Source of the DNA: Geopsychrobacteraceae bacterium
Lineage (GTDB): Bacteria; Desulfobacterota; Desulfuromonadia; Desulfuromonadales; Geopsychrobacteraceae
DNA length: 64,000 nt
Direction of reading: 5' to 3'
NCBI GenBank assembly: GCA_963662315.1
Contig: OY759353.1
Location: 2,688,001 to 2,752,000 of the forward strand
Shown piece by piece: positions 1 through 10,157 of this stretch. The notes below the pieces were generated by a model. It worked only from the letters and a program-made list of their open reading frames with translations. It ran no database searches and was not told where the DNA came from. Both the position numbers and the translations under genes were made by a program. The number at the start of each line of letters is the position of its first letter. The first letter of the stretch is position 1.

Positions 1-1198
1 CGCAATCCGTATCTAATAACTCGCCAAAGTAGCCAAGCAATGCGCGCCGTCGGCAAATGCCCGCTTCAGCAAAAGCCACCATGGCATTGAGTTTATGAAT
101 TTCAATGCGATTTTGCTCAGGGTTGCCTCCGCGCTCAATCAGGCCGCGACTGATGGCAATATCCCCGTAGCCAAACAGCAGCAATGCTTCTGCCGGCAGA
201 CCATCGCGCCCGGCCCGACCCGTTTCCTGATAATAGCTCTCAATATTGCGGGGCAGGTCATAGTGAACCACAAAGCGGACGTTTGGCTTATCAATCCCCA
301 TACCAAAGGCGACAGTTGCGACAACCACCTCAATATTATCGCGCAGAAACTCTTCCTGAACCCGCTTACGCTCAAGCCCGGCCAAACCCGCATGGTAGGA
401 AGCGGCTCGATAGCCGTCTTCACACAGCTTTTCAGCAACTTCCTCGACCCGTTTGCGGCTCAGACAGTAGACAATACCAGCTTCACTGTGATGCTGGTCC
501 AGAAACGCCGACAGTTGCTGATAGGGCTTACTCTTATCGAGGACGGAGTAACGAATATTGGGGCGATCAAAACCGGCAACAACCTGGTAAGCATCACGCA
601 ACCTCAACTGCTGTACAATATCGTTTCGGGTCTGCTTTTCCGCGGTCGCAGTTAAGGCGATCATGGGAATAGCAGGAAAGAGATCGCGCAAGCGCCCCAA
701 TTCAACATATTCCGGTCGAAAATCATGCCCCCAATGGGAGACGCAATGGGCCTCATCAATGGCAAATAAAGCAATGTCTATCGATTCCAGGCGAGCTAGA
801 AATTCACTGCTCAGCAAGCGTTCCGGGGCAATATACAGGAGGTCGAGCTCACCTGCGTGCAGCTTGGCCAGCACCCGACGTGCTTCATCAGCACTCAACG
901 TCGAGTTGTAGCAGGCTGCGGCGACCCCGTTAGCCTGCAGACTATCGACCTGATCTTTCATCAATGAAATCAGCGGCGAAACAACAATCGCGATTCCCGG
1001 GCGGTGCAGTGCCGGCACCTGGTAACACAGTGATTTACCACCGCCGGTCGGCATTAGCACAAAGCAATCCTGCCCGTCTATCAGCGCCTCGATGATCTCT
1101 TCCTGATAGGGACGGTATGTCTGGTAACCAAAAACCGTCTGCAGGGTTTGCTGAATGGTCGCGCCGCGCTCAATTATTTCAAAATCTTCTATATTCAT
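1..1198 (-). CDS. recQ: ATP-dependent DNA helicase RecQ (3' end lies beyond the left window edge)
   Basis: Manual translation from ATG at 1198: MNIEDFEIIERGATIQQTLQTVFGYQTYRPYQEEII...VLMPTGGGKSLCYQVPAL; further on DEAHCVSQWGHDFRPEY and YYQETGRAGRDG. Not in the ORF track because it is truncated. Confidence 0.95.
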   Translation of the reverse strand, partial: MNIEDFEIIERGATIQQTLQTVFGYQTYRPYQEEIIEALIDGQDCFVLMPTGGGKSLCYQVPALHRPGIAIVVSPLISLMKDQVDSLQANGVAAACYNSTLSADEARRVLAKLHAGELDLLYIAPERLLSSEFLARLESIDIALFAIDEAHCVSHWGHDFRPEYVELGRLRDLFPAIPMIALTATAEKQTRNDIVQQLRLRDAYQVVAGFDRPNIRYSVLDKSKPYQQLSAFLDQHHSEAGIVYCLSRKRVEEVAEKLCEDGYRAASYHAGLAGLERKRVQEEFLRDNIEVVVATVAFGMGIDKPNVRFVVHYDLPRNIESYYQETGRAGRDGLPAEALLLFGYGDIAISRGLIERGGNPEQNRIEIHKLNAMVAFAEAGICRRRALLGYFGELLDTDC

Positions 1199-1201
1199 AG
1201 C

Positions 1202-2539
1202 TTAATAAGGGTAATAACCAGGGTCCGTTTGACGGTTTTTGATCAGCTGTCGTGTTTTTTCATCTTCTACTACCAATGCCGCCGCATCAACGCCACTGGC
1301 ATCAATAGCAATCCGCTGCTTGCTGTGGTAGACCGGTAATTTTTCAAGACGGTTGATCACACGCCACCAGCAACTCTCAAGGGAAACAGGATTGATATCA
1401 TCATCAACAATAATGATCAACCGGGCATGCTGTAATGGGCCACTTTGCCACAGGGAGTGAATCAGCTGCCTGACCTTGACCAAGCGGGGCTGACTTACGG
1501 CAATAATTGAAACCCCATGAAAAATCGTTGTCAGGGGCATAACCATATGACTTATGTCACTGTATTGCTGCTTCAGGAGTTGCCTGATCAGTATTTCATT
1601 AGCAGCAGCAAGCCAGATATTTTCACTAGGAGGCGGACCTACTACCGTAAAGGGTATAATCGCATTATTGCGGTGTTGAATTGAAGTGACCCGCATCAGG
1701 GGACAATCGTGGCGCGAGGCATAAGTTCCTGTATGGTTTCCAAACGGCCCTTCATTGCAAATTTCTCCAGGTGATATATAGCCACTGATAACCAGTTCAG
1801 CGCTGTCAGGAACCAATAAACGACTATCCTGAAGTTTCATTTGAGGAAAATCCTCATTGAAAAACTTTCGACAAAACGCTAAATCATCAACCTCAGCAGG
1901 AAGTGGGGCCGCAGCGGCCCACATCAACACGGGATCACAACCCAGCACCAGACACACAGGCAGGGTCGTTCCCTGTTCACCTGCAGCCATTAAATGAGCA
2001 TAAGCATCAGATGATTTGGAAAAATTTATTGCCAGCGTCTTGTCATCAATACGCTGAACACGGTACAGCCCGAAATTATGCCTTCCGCTGACAGGATCGT
2101 TCGTAATCGTCAGTGCCAGGGTGAAGTATGGCTTCCCCTCTTCAGGCCAGCATTTAAGGGCAGGAAGATCTGACAGGCGACATGACCCGTTAAGGGGATA
2201 AATCTGATCTTGCACTGACGGCAACGTTGGTGTTGGCCGATCGGCCTTTGGCTCCGCAGCACCATGACCACCCAGATACGCCTGAACCTTCTGTTCAAAG
2301 TTCGCCAGCGAAGTAGTTCTGAGAATTGCGGCCATCCGTGTCTCGGATGCAAACATGTTTGTAACAACAGGAAAATTTCCCGGTACCGGGCGATCAAACA
2401 ATAGAGCGTTACTATGTTCGCTTCGGGCAAATTCACGGCGGCTGATAGCTGCCAGTTCAAGGTCGGTCGCTACCGAAGCGCTAACCCTTATCAACTCCCC
2501 CTGCTTATCACATATGGTCAGAAAATCGGATAGATTCAT
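1202..2539 (-). CDS. UbiD-family (prFMN-dependent) decarboxylase-like protein, 445 aa
   Basis: UbiD-like segments NFGLYR, EGPFGNHTG and VGPPPSE. Confidence 0.85.
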   Translation of the reverse strand: MNLSDFLTICDKQGELIRVSASVATDLELAAISRREFARSEHSNALLFDRPVPGNFPVVTNMFASETRMAAILRTTSLANFEQKVQAYLGGHGAAEPKADRPTPTLPSVQDQIYPLNGSCRLSDLPALKCWPEEGKPYFTLALTITNDPVSGRHNFGLYRVQRIDDKTLAINFSKSSDAYAHLMAAGEQGTTLPVCLVLGCDPVLMWAAAAPLPAEVDDLAFCRKFFNEDFPQMKLQDSRLLVPDSAELVISGYISPGEICNEGPFGNHTGTYASRHDCPLMRVTSIQHRNNAIIPFTVVGPPPSENIWLAAANEILIRQLLKQQYSDISHMVMPLTTIFHGVSIIAVSQPRLVKVRQLIHSLWQSGPLQHARLIIIVDDDINPVSLESCWWRVINRLEKLPVYHSKQRIAIDASGVDAAALVVEDEKTRQLIKNRQTDPGYYPY

Positions 2540-2568
2540 GCCCTTATCTTAATCGATTTTAGCCCAAT

Positions 2569-2600
2569 AAAAAAGCCCTCCAAAAATAAATGGAGGGCTT
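2569..2600 (-). terminator. Intrinsic terminator after nuoN
   Basis: aagccctcca...tggagggctt inverted repeat; reads into a T-tract on the minus strand. Confidence 0.75.
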
Positions 2601-2623
2601 GATAAAGCTGTATTAGAACTGGC

Positions 2624-4084
2624 CTACAAACCAGCGAGTTTGGCCAGCTGCATCAGGGTTCCCGGAACAATCCCCAGGTAAAGAACGCCGACCAGAGAAA
2701 TGATAATGGAGAGGACTGTCGGCATGTTCAGTTTAACCCAGGCAAAATCTTCCTGTGGGTCTTTAAAATACATTTGCACCATAATCCGCAGATAGTAGTA
2801 CAAAGACACAGCGGAATTTAATACGCCCAGAACTGCAAGCCATACGTAACCAGCCTTAATGGCCCCGGCAAAGATGTAGAACTTGCCGGTAAAGCCTGCA
2901 GTTGGCGGTAACCCCATCAGCGAGAACAGGAAAATACAAAGCGCAATTCCGAGAAACGGCTTTTTGTAGCCAAGACCGGCGATACCATCAAGAGTCAGGT
3001 TTTCCTCACCCTTTTTACCAAGCAGAACCAGTACTGCAAAAGCACCGACATTCATGAAGGTGTACACCAGCATATAGAACATGATGGCCGACAATCCAAC
3101 CGTATTCCAGGCGACCAGGCCAACAAGAGCATAGCCAGCATGGGAGATAGACGAATAAGCCAGCAGACGCTTGAGATCTTTCTGAGACAGAGCAATAAAG
3201 TTGCCAAAGATCATGGTCAGGACAGCCAGCAGCCAGAACAACGCGGTCAACTCACCTTCCATACTGTCAAGCCCGATGATAGCAACACGAATAAATGCGG
3301 CAAATGCAGCGGCCTTAGGACCTGCACTCATAAACCCGGTAATCGGTGTTGGCGCGCCCTGGTAGACATCGGGTGTCCACATATGGAAGGGCGCTGCGGC
3401 AACCTTAAACAGGAAACCAACCAGCAGGAGCAAGCCACCAGCAATGAACATGGTGTTCGTGGCAGCTTCCGGATTCATTTTCACATAATCGGCAATGCCC
3501 TGAATCTTGGTTGTCCCGGTAACACCATAGAGTAGCGCGACGCCGTAGAGGAGAAAACCCGTAGAGAATGCTCCCAGGAAAAAGTACTTCAGCCCTGCCT
3601 CATTGCTGCTCACCTTGTCACGGAAGAATCCTGCCAGGACATAAAGCGAAACGGACAGCACTTCAAGGCCAAGGAAAATGGTCATCAGATCGGTCCCGGA
3701 GACCATCCACATGGCTCCTGCCGTAGTAAACAGGATAAGCGGATAATATTCGCCGACAGGAAAGTCTTCTCGTTTGAGATAGTCATCGGACATCAGAATC
3801 GTCAGTCCGGCAGCGATGATACAGATCATACTGAAGAAGGTCGCGAAGTTGTCAAGCAGGACACTACCGGCAAAACCAGCTTGCGGGTTGTTCCAGCCGG
3901 ACAGGGTTACCATTCCGGTAATGATCAGGGCAACAATGCTTAACCACGCGACATGGGAGGTCTTCCCACGTGGTGAGAACACTGAGATCAGCAGCAGAAT
4001 CATACCAAAGGCACTCAGTACCAATGATGGCATGATAGCCTGCAAATTGACATTCTGGATGGCTTCTTGAACCAGATTTTCCAT
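2624..4084 (-). CDS. nuoN: NADH-quinone oxidoreductase subunit N
   Basis: Antiporter-like membrane protein with FKVAAAPFHMWTPDVYQGAP; last gene of the operon. Confidence 0.96.
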   Translation of the reverse strand: MENLVQEAIQNVNLQAIMPSLVLSAFGMILLLISVFSPRGKTSHVAWLSIVALIITGMVTLSGWNNPQAGFAGSVLLDNFATFFSMICIIAAGLTILMSDDYLKREDFPVGEYYPLILFTTAGAMWMVSGTDLMTIFLGLEVLSVSLYVLAGFFRDKVSSNEAGLKYFFLGAFSTGFLLYGVALLYGVTGTTKIQGIADYVKMNPEAATNTMFIAGGLLLLVGFLFKVAAAPFHMWTPDVYQGAPTPITGFMSAGPKAAAFAAFIRVAIIGLDSMEGELTALFWLLAVLTMIFGNFIALSQKDLKRLLAYSSISHAGYALVGLVAWNTVGLSAIMFYMLVYTFMNVGAFAVLVLLGKKGEENLTLDGIAGLGYKKPFLGIALCIFLFSLMGLPPTAGFTGKFYIFAGAIKAGYVWLAVLGVLNSAVSLYYYLRIMVQMYFKDPQEDFAWVKLNMPTVLSIIISLVGVLYLGIVPGTLMQLAKLAGL

Positions 4085-4116
4085 CGAACAGCTCCTCGGA
4101 ACCAGTGGTTATTCAA

Positions 4117-5682
4117 TCAATACGATTTAATATTGTCAATCGTGGCCACAGTCGGTTGTTCTACCTCAAGCACGACAACCTGACGGTTTTTCATCTGCTT
4201 GAGAACTTCTTCCATAGCCGGATTCATTTTATCGAAGAAGGTGTTTGGATAAATACCAATCCAGAACACAAACAGCAGCAATGGCAACATCAGAGCAACC
4301 TCACGAACATTCAGGTCCTTCAGGTTCTCATTGGCAGGATTAGTGACCTTGCCAAACATAACCCGTTGGTACATCCACAGCATGTAAACTGCAGCGAGGA
4401 TAACACCTGTTGTTGCGAACACGGCATACCAGCGTAATCCACCCTGGAAAGCCCCCATCAGAGCGAGGAATTCACCAATAAACCCGTTTGTTCCCGGCAA
4501 TCCGACAGAGGAAAAGGTCACAATCATGAAGATTGTGGCAAAAATCGGCATTTTATGTGCCAACCCGCCAAACTCGGTGATCAGACGGGTATGGCGACGC
4601 TCATAGATGAAACCGACGATAAGGAACAACGCGCCGGTAGAGATACCATGGTTGATCATCTGGATCATGCCTCCAGCAAGACCCTGCTGATTCATGGCAA
4701 ACACACCGAGCATGACAAAACCAAGGTGAGCAACCGATGAATAGGCGACCAGTTTTTTAACATCTTCCTGCATCATGGCCACCAGTGAACCGTAAATGAT
4801 ACCTACAACACAGAGAAAAGCCAGGAATGGGATAAAGGTCGGCAGCGCATCAGGGAATAGAGGCATAGCAAAGCGTACATAGCCATAGGTACCCATTTTC
4901 AGCAGCACCGCTGCCAGAATAACGGAACCTGCGGTTGGAGCTTCGGTATGAGCATCCGGCAACCAGGTATGCAAGGGGAACATCGGTACTTTGATGGCGA
5001 AACTGAAGCCAAAGGCGAGGAACAGCCAGAACTGGGCATAGTACGGAATATTCAGTTTGTAGAAGTCCTGAACACTGAAGCCGTTGACCGCAACACCACT
5101 CTTAACACCGTAGTAGTAGACAAAGATAATGGCAACCAACATCAGCAACGAGCCGACGGCTGTGTAGATAAAAAACTTTACCGCAGCGTAAATCCGGTTC
5201 TTTCCGCCCCAAATACCAATCAGGAAGTACATCGGGATCAGCATCAGTTCCCAGAATACATAGAAGAGGAACAGGTCAAGAGCCACAAAAGCGCCGAGCA
5301 TGCCTGTTTCGAGCAGCAGCAGCATGGCCATAAAACCCTTGGTGTTCTTTTCTACCGCGGTCCAGGTCGAGAGAACAGCAATCGGCATGATGAAAGTGGT
5401 CAGCATAACCAGCCACAGACTGATCCCATCAACACCAAGATTATAATTCATCTGAAAGAAATCACCGATGTTGATCCACTCATGAAATTCACGGTAGTGC
5501 ATTGCTCCGGAGGTTGTAAAAACCTTATCGAAAGCAAGAGGCAGACTGACCACGAAAGTAACTATTGTTACCGCAAAGGTGAACCCTTTGAGCAGCCCGT
5601 CGTTATCCCTTGGGATAAGGAGAAGAATCACCATTCCCAATAACGGGAGGAAAGTCATAATACTGAGAAGATTATCAGCCAT
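4117..5682 (-). CDS. nuoM: NADH-quinone oxidoreductase subunit M
   Basis: KVPMFPLHTWLPDAHTEAPTAGS motif; operon position. Confidence 0.96.
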   Translation of the reverse strand: MADNLLSIMTFLPLLGMVILLLIPRDNDGLLKGFTFAVTIVTFVVSLPLAFDKVFTTSGAMHYREFHEWINIGDFFQMNYNLGVDGISLWLVMLTTFIMPIAVLSTWTAVEKNTKGFMAMLLLLETGMLGAFVALDLFLFYVFWELMLIPMYFLIGIWGGKNRIYAAVKFFIYTAVGSLLMLVAIIFVYYYGVKSGVAVNGFSVQDFYKLNIPYYAQFWLFLAFGFSFAIKVPMFPLHTWLPDAHTEAPTAGSVILAAVLLKMGTYGYVRFAMPLFPDALPTFIPFLAFLCVVGIIYGSLVAMMQEDVKKLVAYSSVAHLGFVMLGVFAMNQQGLAGGMIQMINHGISTGALFLIVGFIYERRHTRLITEFGGLAHKMPIFATIFMIVTFSSVGLPGTNGFIGEFLALMGAFQGGLRWYAVFATTGVILAAVYMLWMYQRVMFGKVTNPANENLKDLNVREVALMLPLLLFVFWIGIYPNTFFDKMNPAMEEVLKQMKNRQVVVLEVEQPTVATIDNIKSY

Positions 5683-5735
5683 GTGGAATCGCTCCTTAAA
5701 GCTTTATCGTATTCGCTGGCAAACTAATGCAAAAA

Positions 5736-7700
5736 TCAACCGAAAATATAATAGCCGACGATCACGACTACGCCGACCACCATGGCCATCGCGTAGTTAT
5801 ACAAATAACCGGACTGGGTATAGCGTAAACCGGCACCAATACCTTTAATGACATAGGCACAGCCATTGACGATGCCATCAACGATGCGTACGTCTATGCC
5901 ACGCCACAGGAAAGTACCGATATTTTTGCAGGGATTGACAAATACGAAATCGTAGAGTTCATCAATGTACCACTTGTTAAAAACAACCTTGTAGGCACCG
6001 GCAAAGCGGGCGGTAATCTTGCCAGGCAGGGTGGTATTCTTAATGTACATATTCCAGGCGATAAAAATACCAACGACAGCAATAATCACCGAAATCGCCA
6101 TCATCATATATTCAGTTGCATGAGATCCATGTGCTTCAAGTTCATAAAGATGCTGGCTATGTTCGAACACAGGAGCAAGGAAATGTTCAAAACGATTGCT
6201 GCCACCCAGTACCGCAGGAACTCCTACATAACCGCCGACAACAGCAAGGAAACCCAGAACCATCAGCGGAATGGTGATCGTAAGGGGAGATTCTGGAATA
6301 TGATCTTTGGCACGGGCATCGGTCTTCTGCTCGCCAAAGAAAGTCATGAATACCAAACGGAACATGTAGAAGGCCGTCATACCAGCAGCGGCAGCACCGA
6401 TAAGCCAGAGCAACCAGTGCCCCCGGGTAGAACCAAACGCCCACCAGAGGATCTCATCTTTAGAGAAAAAGCCTGAGAACAGCGGGATACCGGAAATGGC
6501 GATGGTTGAAACCAGGAAGGTAACAAAGGTGATCGGCATTTTTTTGCGCAGTCCACCCATATTACGCATATCCTGAGGATCATCGTGCAGATGGGCATGG
6601 TGGTAAGCGTGATGCATGCCGTGAATAACCGAGCCGGAACCAAGGAACAGACAAGCCTTGAAGAAAGCGTGAGTCATCAGGTGGAATATACCGGCGGAGA
6701 AAGCTCCAACCCCCATAGCCAGGAACATGTAACCCAGCTGAGATACTGTTGAATAGGCCAGCACCCGTTTGATGTCGTTCTGAGCCAGACCGATCGTCGC
6801 AGCAAAAAAGGCTGTCAGAGCGCCGACAACAGCGATTGTCATCATCGTCGCCGGGGCCATGGCAAACAGGATGTTCATCCGGCCGATCATGTAAACACCG
6901 GCAGTAACCATGGTCGCGGCATGGATAAGGGCCGAAACCGGAGTCGGACCTTCCATCGCGTCAGGCAACCAGGTAAACAGAGGAATCTGTGCCGATTTAC
7001 CGGTTGCGCCAAGGAAGAAACACAGGGTCACAACCGTTACCAACACGCCTCCAGATTGCAGCAGATGAGCGTTCTCGGTAATTTCAACAAAGTTGATCGT
7101 CCAGATCCCTTTGTTTCCCAATGCCCAGAACAGGGTAAACAGACCACACAGGAACCCGAAGTCGCCAACACGGTTAACAACAAATGCTTTCTTGGCAGCA
7201 TCGCCGGCGCTCTTCTTTTCGAAGTAGTAACCGATCAGCAGGTAAGAACAGAGGCCAACACCTTCCCAGCCAATGAACATAACCAGGGCATTGCCGCCCA
7301 GAACCAGCATCAGCATTGAAAAAGCAAACAGGTTCAAATAGCTGAAGAAACGGTAAAAACCGACCTCACCGTGCATGTAGCCAATGGAGTACAGGTGAAT
7401 CAGAGTCCCTACCCCGGTAACAACCATAATCATGACGGCGGACAAAGGATCTAACAGAAACTCCCAGTTGACCTGCAAATCGCCAATGGAAATCCATGAG
7501 GCCATGACCAATTGATGCACTTTCTCAGTATCACCAAGTAGAGCATAAAAATTCTGTGCGGCGACCAGAAATGAGAGAAACATCATGACCGTAGCGATAC
7601 CGCCAATGACAGCCTCTTTTTTAATGCGTTTGCCCAACAGGCCGTTGATGATCGAACCGACCAGCGGGAAAAATGGGATGAGCCACAGATTACTGTACAT
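5736..7700 (-). CDS. nuoL: NADH-quinone oxidoreductase subunit L
   Basis: GKSAQIPLFTWLPDAMEGPTPVSALIHAATMV motif; alternative TTG start at 7703. Confidence 0.96.
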   Translation of the reverse strand: MYSNLWLIPFFPLVGSIINGLLGKRIKKEAVIGGIATVMMFLSFLVAAQNFYALLGDTEKVHQLVMASWISIGDLQVNWEFLLDPLSAVMIMVVTGVGTLIHLYSIGYMHGEVGFYRFFSYLNLFAFSMLMLVLGGNALVMFIGWEGVGLCSYLLIGYYFEKKSAGDAAKKAFVVNRVGDFGFLCGLFTLFWALGNKGIWTINFVEITENAHLLQSGGVLVTVVTLCFFLGATGKSAQIPLFTWLPDAMEGPTPVSALIHAATMVTAGVYMIGRMNILFAMAPATMMTIAVVGALTAFFAATIGLAQNDIKRVLAYSTVSQLGYMFLAMGVGAFSAGIFHLMTHAFFKACLFLGSGSVIHGMHHAYHHAHLHDDPQDMRNMGGLRKKMPITFVTFLVSTIAISGIPLFSGFFSKDEILWWAFGSTRGHWLLWLIGAAAAGMTAFYMFRLVFMTFFGEQKTDARAKDHIPESPLTITIPLMVLGFLAVVGGYVGVPAVLGGSNRFEHFLAPVFEHSQHLYELEAHGSHATEYMMMAISVIIAVVGIFIAWNMYIKNTTLPGKITARFAGAYKVVFNKWYIDELYDFVFVNPCKNIGTFLWRGIDVRIVDGIVNGCAYVIKGIGAGLRYTQSGYLYNYAMAMVVGVVVIVGYYIFG

Positions 7701-7741
7701 CAAACTCTCCTATTAGCTGAAACACCCGTAACAGTGGAAAT

Positions 7742-8047
7742 CTACCACTTGAGGATTTTAAAATCGTCGACTTCAATCGATTCCCGGTTCCGGAAGAACG
7801 CGATCATCAAAGCCAGACCTACAGCTGCTTCAGCAGCAGCAACCGTCATTACAAAGAAAACAAATATCTGACCATCAAGATTGCCGACATGACGCGACAA
7901 GGCAATAAAGGTCAGGTTTACCGAGTTGAGCATAACTTCAATGCACATGAATATGACAATGGCATTCTTGCGGGTCAGAACCCCAAAAGTTCCGATGGCA
8001 AACAAGATGGCACTCAGCATCAGGTAGTGATTTACAGTAATCATCAT
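7742..8047 (-). CDS. nuoK: NADH-quinone oxidoreductase subunit K
   Basis: [10 protein letters not shown] and [10 protein letters not shown] motifs; ATG at 8047 follows a GGGAGA RBS. Confidence 0.95.
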   Translation of the reverse strand: MMITVNHYLMLSAILFAIGTFGVLTRKNAIVIFMCIEVMLNSVNLTFIALSRHVGNLDGQIFVFFVMTVAAAEAAVGLALMIAFFRNRESIEVDDFKILKW

Positions 8048-8070
8048 GTATCTCCCAAGCCCGGTCTCAA

Positions 8071-8574
8071 TCAAACTTTACGTTTAGAGAGGATAACGGC
8101 ACCGATAATAGCAACCAACAGTAAAATTGACGCGATTTCAAATGGTAGCAGGAAATCAACAAACAGCGCCTTACCGATCAATTCGGTATGACCAAACTGA
8201 TTGATGACGTCGGAAGTTATCGGGCCACCAGTCGCGGTTGCTTCACCACTGCGCAGGAACCCTGCTGTCACCAGCAGCATCAATACACCAAGAACGCCCC
8301 CTGCGGGCAATGCATGGGTATAGCGGCTTTTTGTTGCCAGGCCCAGATTGAGCAACATGATAACAAAGACGATCAGAACCATAATGGCGCCAGCGTAAAC
8401 CATAATCTGAATAGCAGCCATAAACGGTGCTTCAAGCATGATGTAAAGAACGGCCAGACAGATAAAAGTCGTCACCAGATTCAGCGCACTGTTGACCGGA
8501 TTACGACACTTGGTGACGAAAAAGGCCGAAACAATCGCAACAAAAGCGGTGAGATAAAATAAAAACGCTTCCAT
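8071..8574 (-). CDS. nuoJ: NADH-quinone oxidoreductase subunit J
   Basis: [12 protein letters not shown] and [16 protein letters not shown] motifs. Confidence 0.95.
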   Translation of the reverse strand: MEAFLFYLTAFVAIVSAFFVTKCRNPVNSALNLVTTFICLAVLYIMLEAPFMAAIQIMVYAGAIMVLIVFVIMLLNLGLATKSRYTHALPAGGVLGVLMLLVTAGFLRSGEATATGGPITSDVINQFGHTELIGKALFVDFLLPFEIASILLLVAIIGAVILSKRKV

Positions 8575-8591
8575 AATAATGAGGCTCCTTG

Positions 8592-8990
8592 TTACGACTT
8601 GAGTAGACGTTCTTTGTCGAACATGAAATCATCCCGTTTATAGTTTGCCAGTTCGTAAGCGCTCGTCATCTCGATAGCTTCAACCGGGCAAGCCTCAACA
8701 CAGTAGCCACAGAAAATGCAGCGTAACATGTCGATTTCATAAACCCTGGGATACTTTTCCCCTTTTTCGTTCTCTGCGGACTCGACGGTAATACACTTAG
8801 CCGGACACACCGTCGGGCAGAGATAGCAGGCAACGCATTTTTCCCGATGCTGGGTTGGAACCAGACGATGCAGCCCGCGAAAACGCGGAGACATCTGCAG
8901 CTTCTGTTTAGGATATTGAACCGTAGTGGTGTTTCCCGGCAACAGATGCTTCAGTGTGATACTCAAGCCTTTGGCAAACTCTTTAAACAT
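8592..8990 (-). CDS. nuoI: NADH-quinone oxidoreductase subunit I
   Basis: Two CxxCxxCxxxCP motifs (CVACYLCPTVCP, CIFCGYCVEACP). Confidence 0.96.
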   Translation of the reverse strand: MFKEFAKGLSITLKHLLPGNTTTVQYPKQKLQMSPRFRGLHRLVPTQHREKCVACYLCPTVCPAKCITVESAENEKGEKYPRVYEIDMLRCIFCGYCVEACPVEAIEMTSAYELANYKRDDFMFDKERLLKS

Positions 8991-9013
8991 AGCTATCCTC
9001 TACACAACGATGT

Positions 9014-10081
9014 TTACTGCCAGAGCAGAATGGCAAACCCGGTAAAGACAATATTCGCAATCGCCAGGGGCAACATAACCTTCCAACCGATATACATAAG
9101 CTGGTCATAACGCAGACGCGGCAACGTGGCTCGGATCCAGATAAAGAAGAACATGAAGGCAAAAATCTTGATCAGGAAGTTGATCCAGCCCCAGAACGGT
9201 CCACCCCATCCACCGAGGAACAGGGTTGCCCCGATCGCTGAAACAGTGATCATATTGGCGTACTCAGCCATAAAGAACAGGGCATACTTCATTGAGGAAT
9301 ATTCGGTACAGAAACCGGAAACCAGCTCGGTCTCCGCCTCAGGGAGGTCAAATGGGGTCCGGTTGACTTCGGCCATAGAGCCGACTACGAACAGGCAGAA
9401 GGCCAGCGGCTGGGTGAAGATATACCAGTCAGGAATCCAGCTGAGGGCCTGAACTCCCCAGAGCGGCCCTTGCTGTGCCAGTACGATACCGCGCATGCTG
9501 AGAGTTTCAGAGAGCATAAAGACTGAGATGATCGATAAGCCGGCGGCCAACTCGTAGGAAATCATCTGGGCCGAGGAACGGATACCACCCAGCAATGAAT
9601 ATTTACTGTTTGAGGCCAGACCGGCAAGAACGATCCCGTAAACACCCAGTCCCGCCATAGCCAGAATGAACAGAACACCGATGTTAAGATCAGCAATCTG
9701 CAAAGGCACCGTGTAAAGCGTGCCGTCATAGGTAAAGTGGAAGTCTCCACCAAACGGGATAACGCAAATGGCGACAAAGGCTGGTGCCAGAATCATCATC
9801 GGAGCCAGAATAAAGGCAAACCAATGAGCCTCGGCAGGAATGATATCTTCCTTGAAGAACAGCTTCAAACCATCAGCGATCGGCTGCAGCAAACCTTTCG
9901 GACCGGTCATTGTCGGCCCCATCCGGGTCTGCATCGCCCCAATGATTTTTCTTTCGGCGTAGGTTGCATAGGCGACAATCAGCAGCATAACCACGAATGC
10001 TACAGCGATCTTGATCAACATGGCCGCGGTATACAAATAGGGAGTATCCGAGAGTGTCAGAACTTCTGGCGTCATGACCAT
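9014..10081 (-). CDS. nuoH: NADH-quinone oxidoreductase subunit H
   Basis: GLLQPIADGLKL and RTPFDLPEAETELVSG motifs. Confidence 0.96.
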   Translation of the reverse strand: MVMTPEVLTLSDTPYLYTAAMLIKIAVAFVVMLLIVAYATYAERKIIGAMQTRMGPTMTGPKGLLQPIADGLKLFFKEDIIPAEAHWFAFILAPMMILAPAFVAICVIPFGGDFHFTYDGTLYTVPLQIADLNIGVLFILAMAGLGVYGIVLAGLASNSKYSLLGGIRSSAQMISYELAAGLSIISVFMLSETLSMRGIVLAQQGPLWGVQALSWIPDWYIFTQPLAFCLFVVGSMAEVNRTPFDLPEAETELVSGFCTEYSSMKYALFFMAEYANMITVSAIGATLFLGGWGGPFWGWINFLIKIFAFMFFFIWIRATLPRLRYDQLMYIGWKVMLPLAIANIVFTGFAILLWQ

Positions 10082-10157
10082 CCTCTTCCTTCATCAGTCT
10101 ATGGCATTACTGCCGATTTCAGCCGGCCACAATTGACCGGCAACTCCAAAATGAAAA

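Noticed and set aside
95..911. Several plus-strand ORFs at the window start
   Set aside because: Antisense to recQ, which explains the region.
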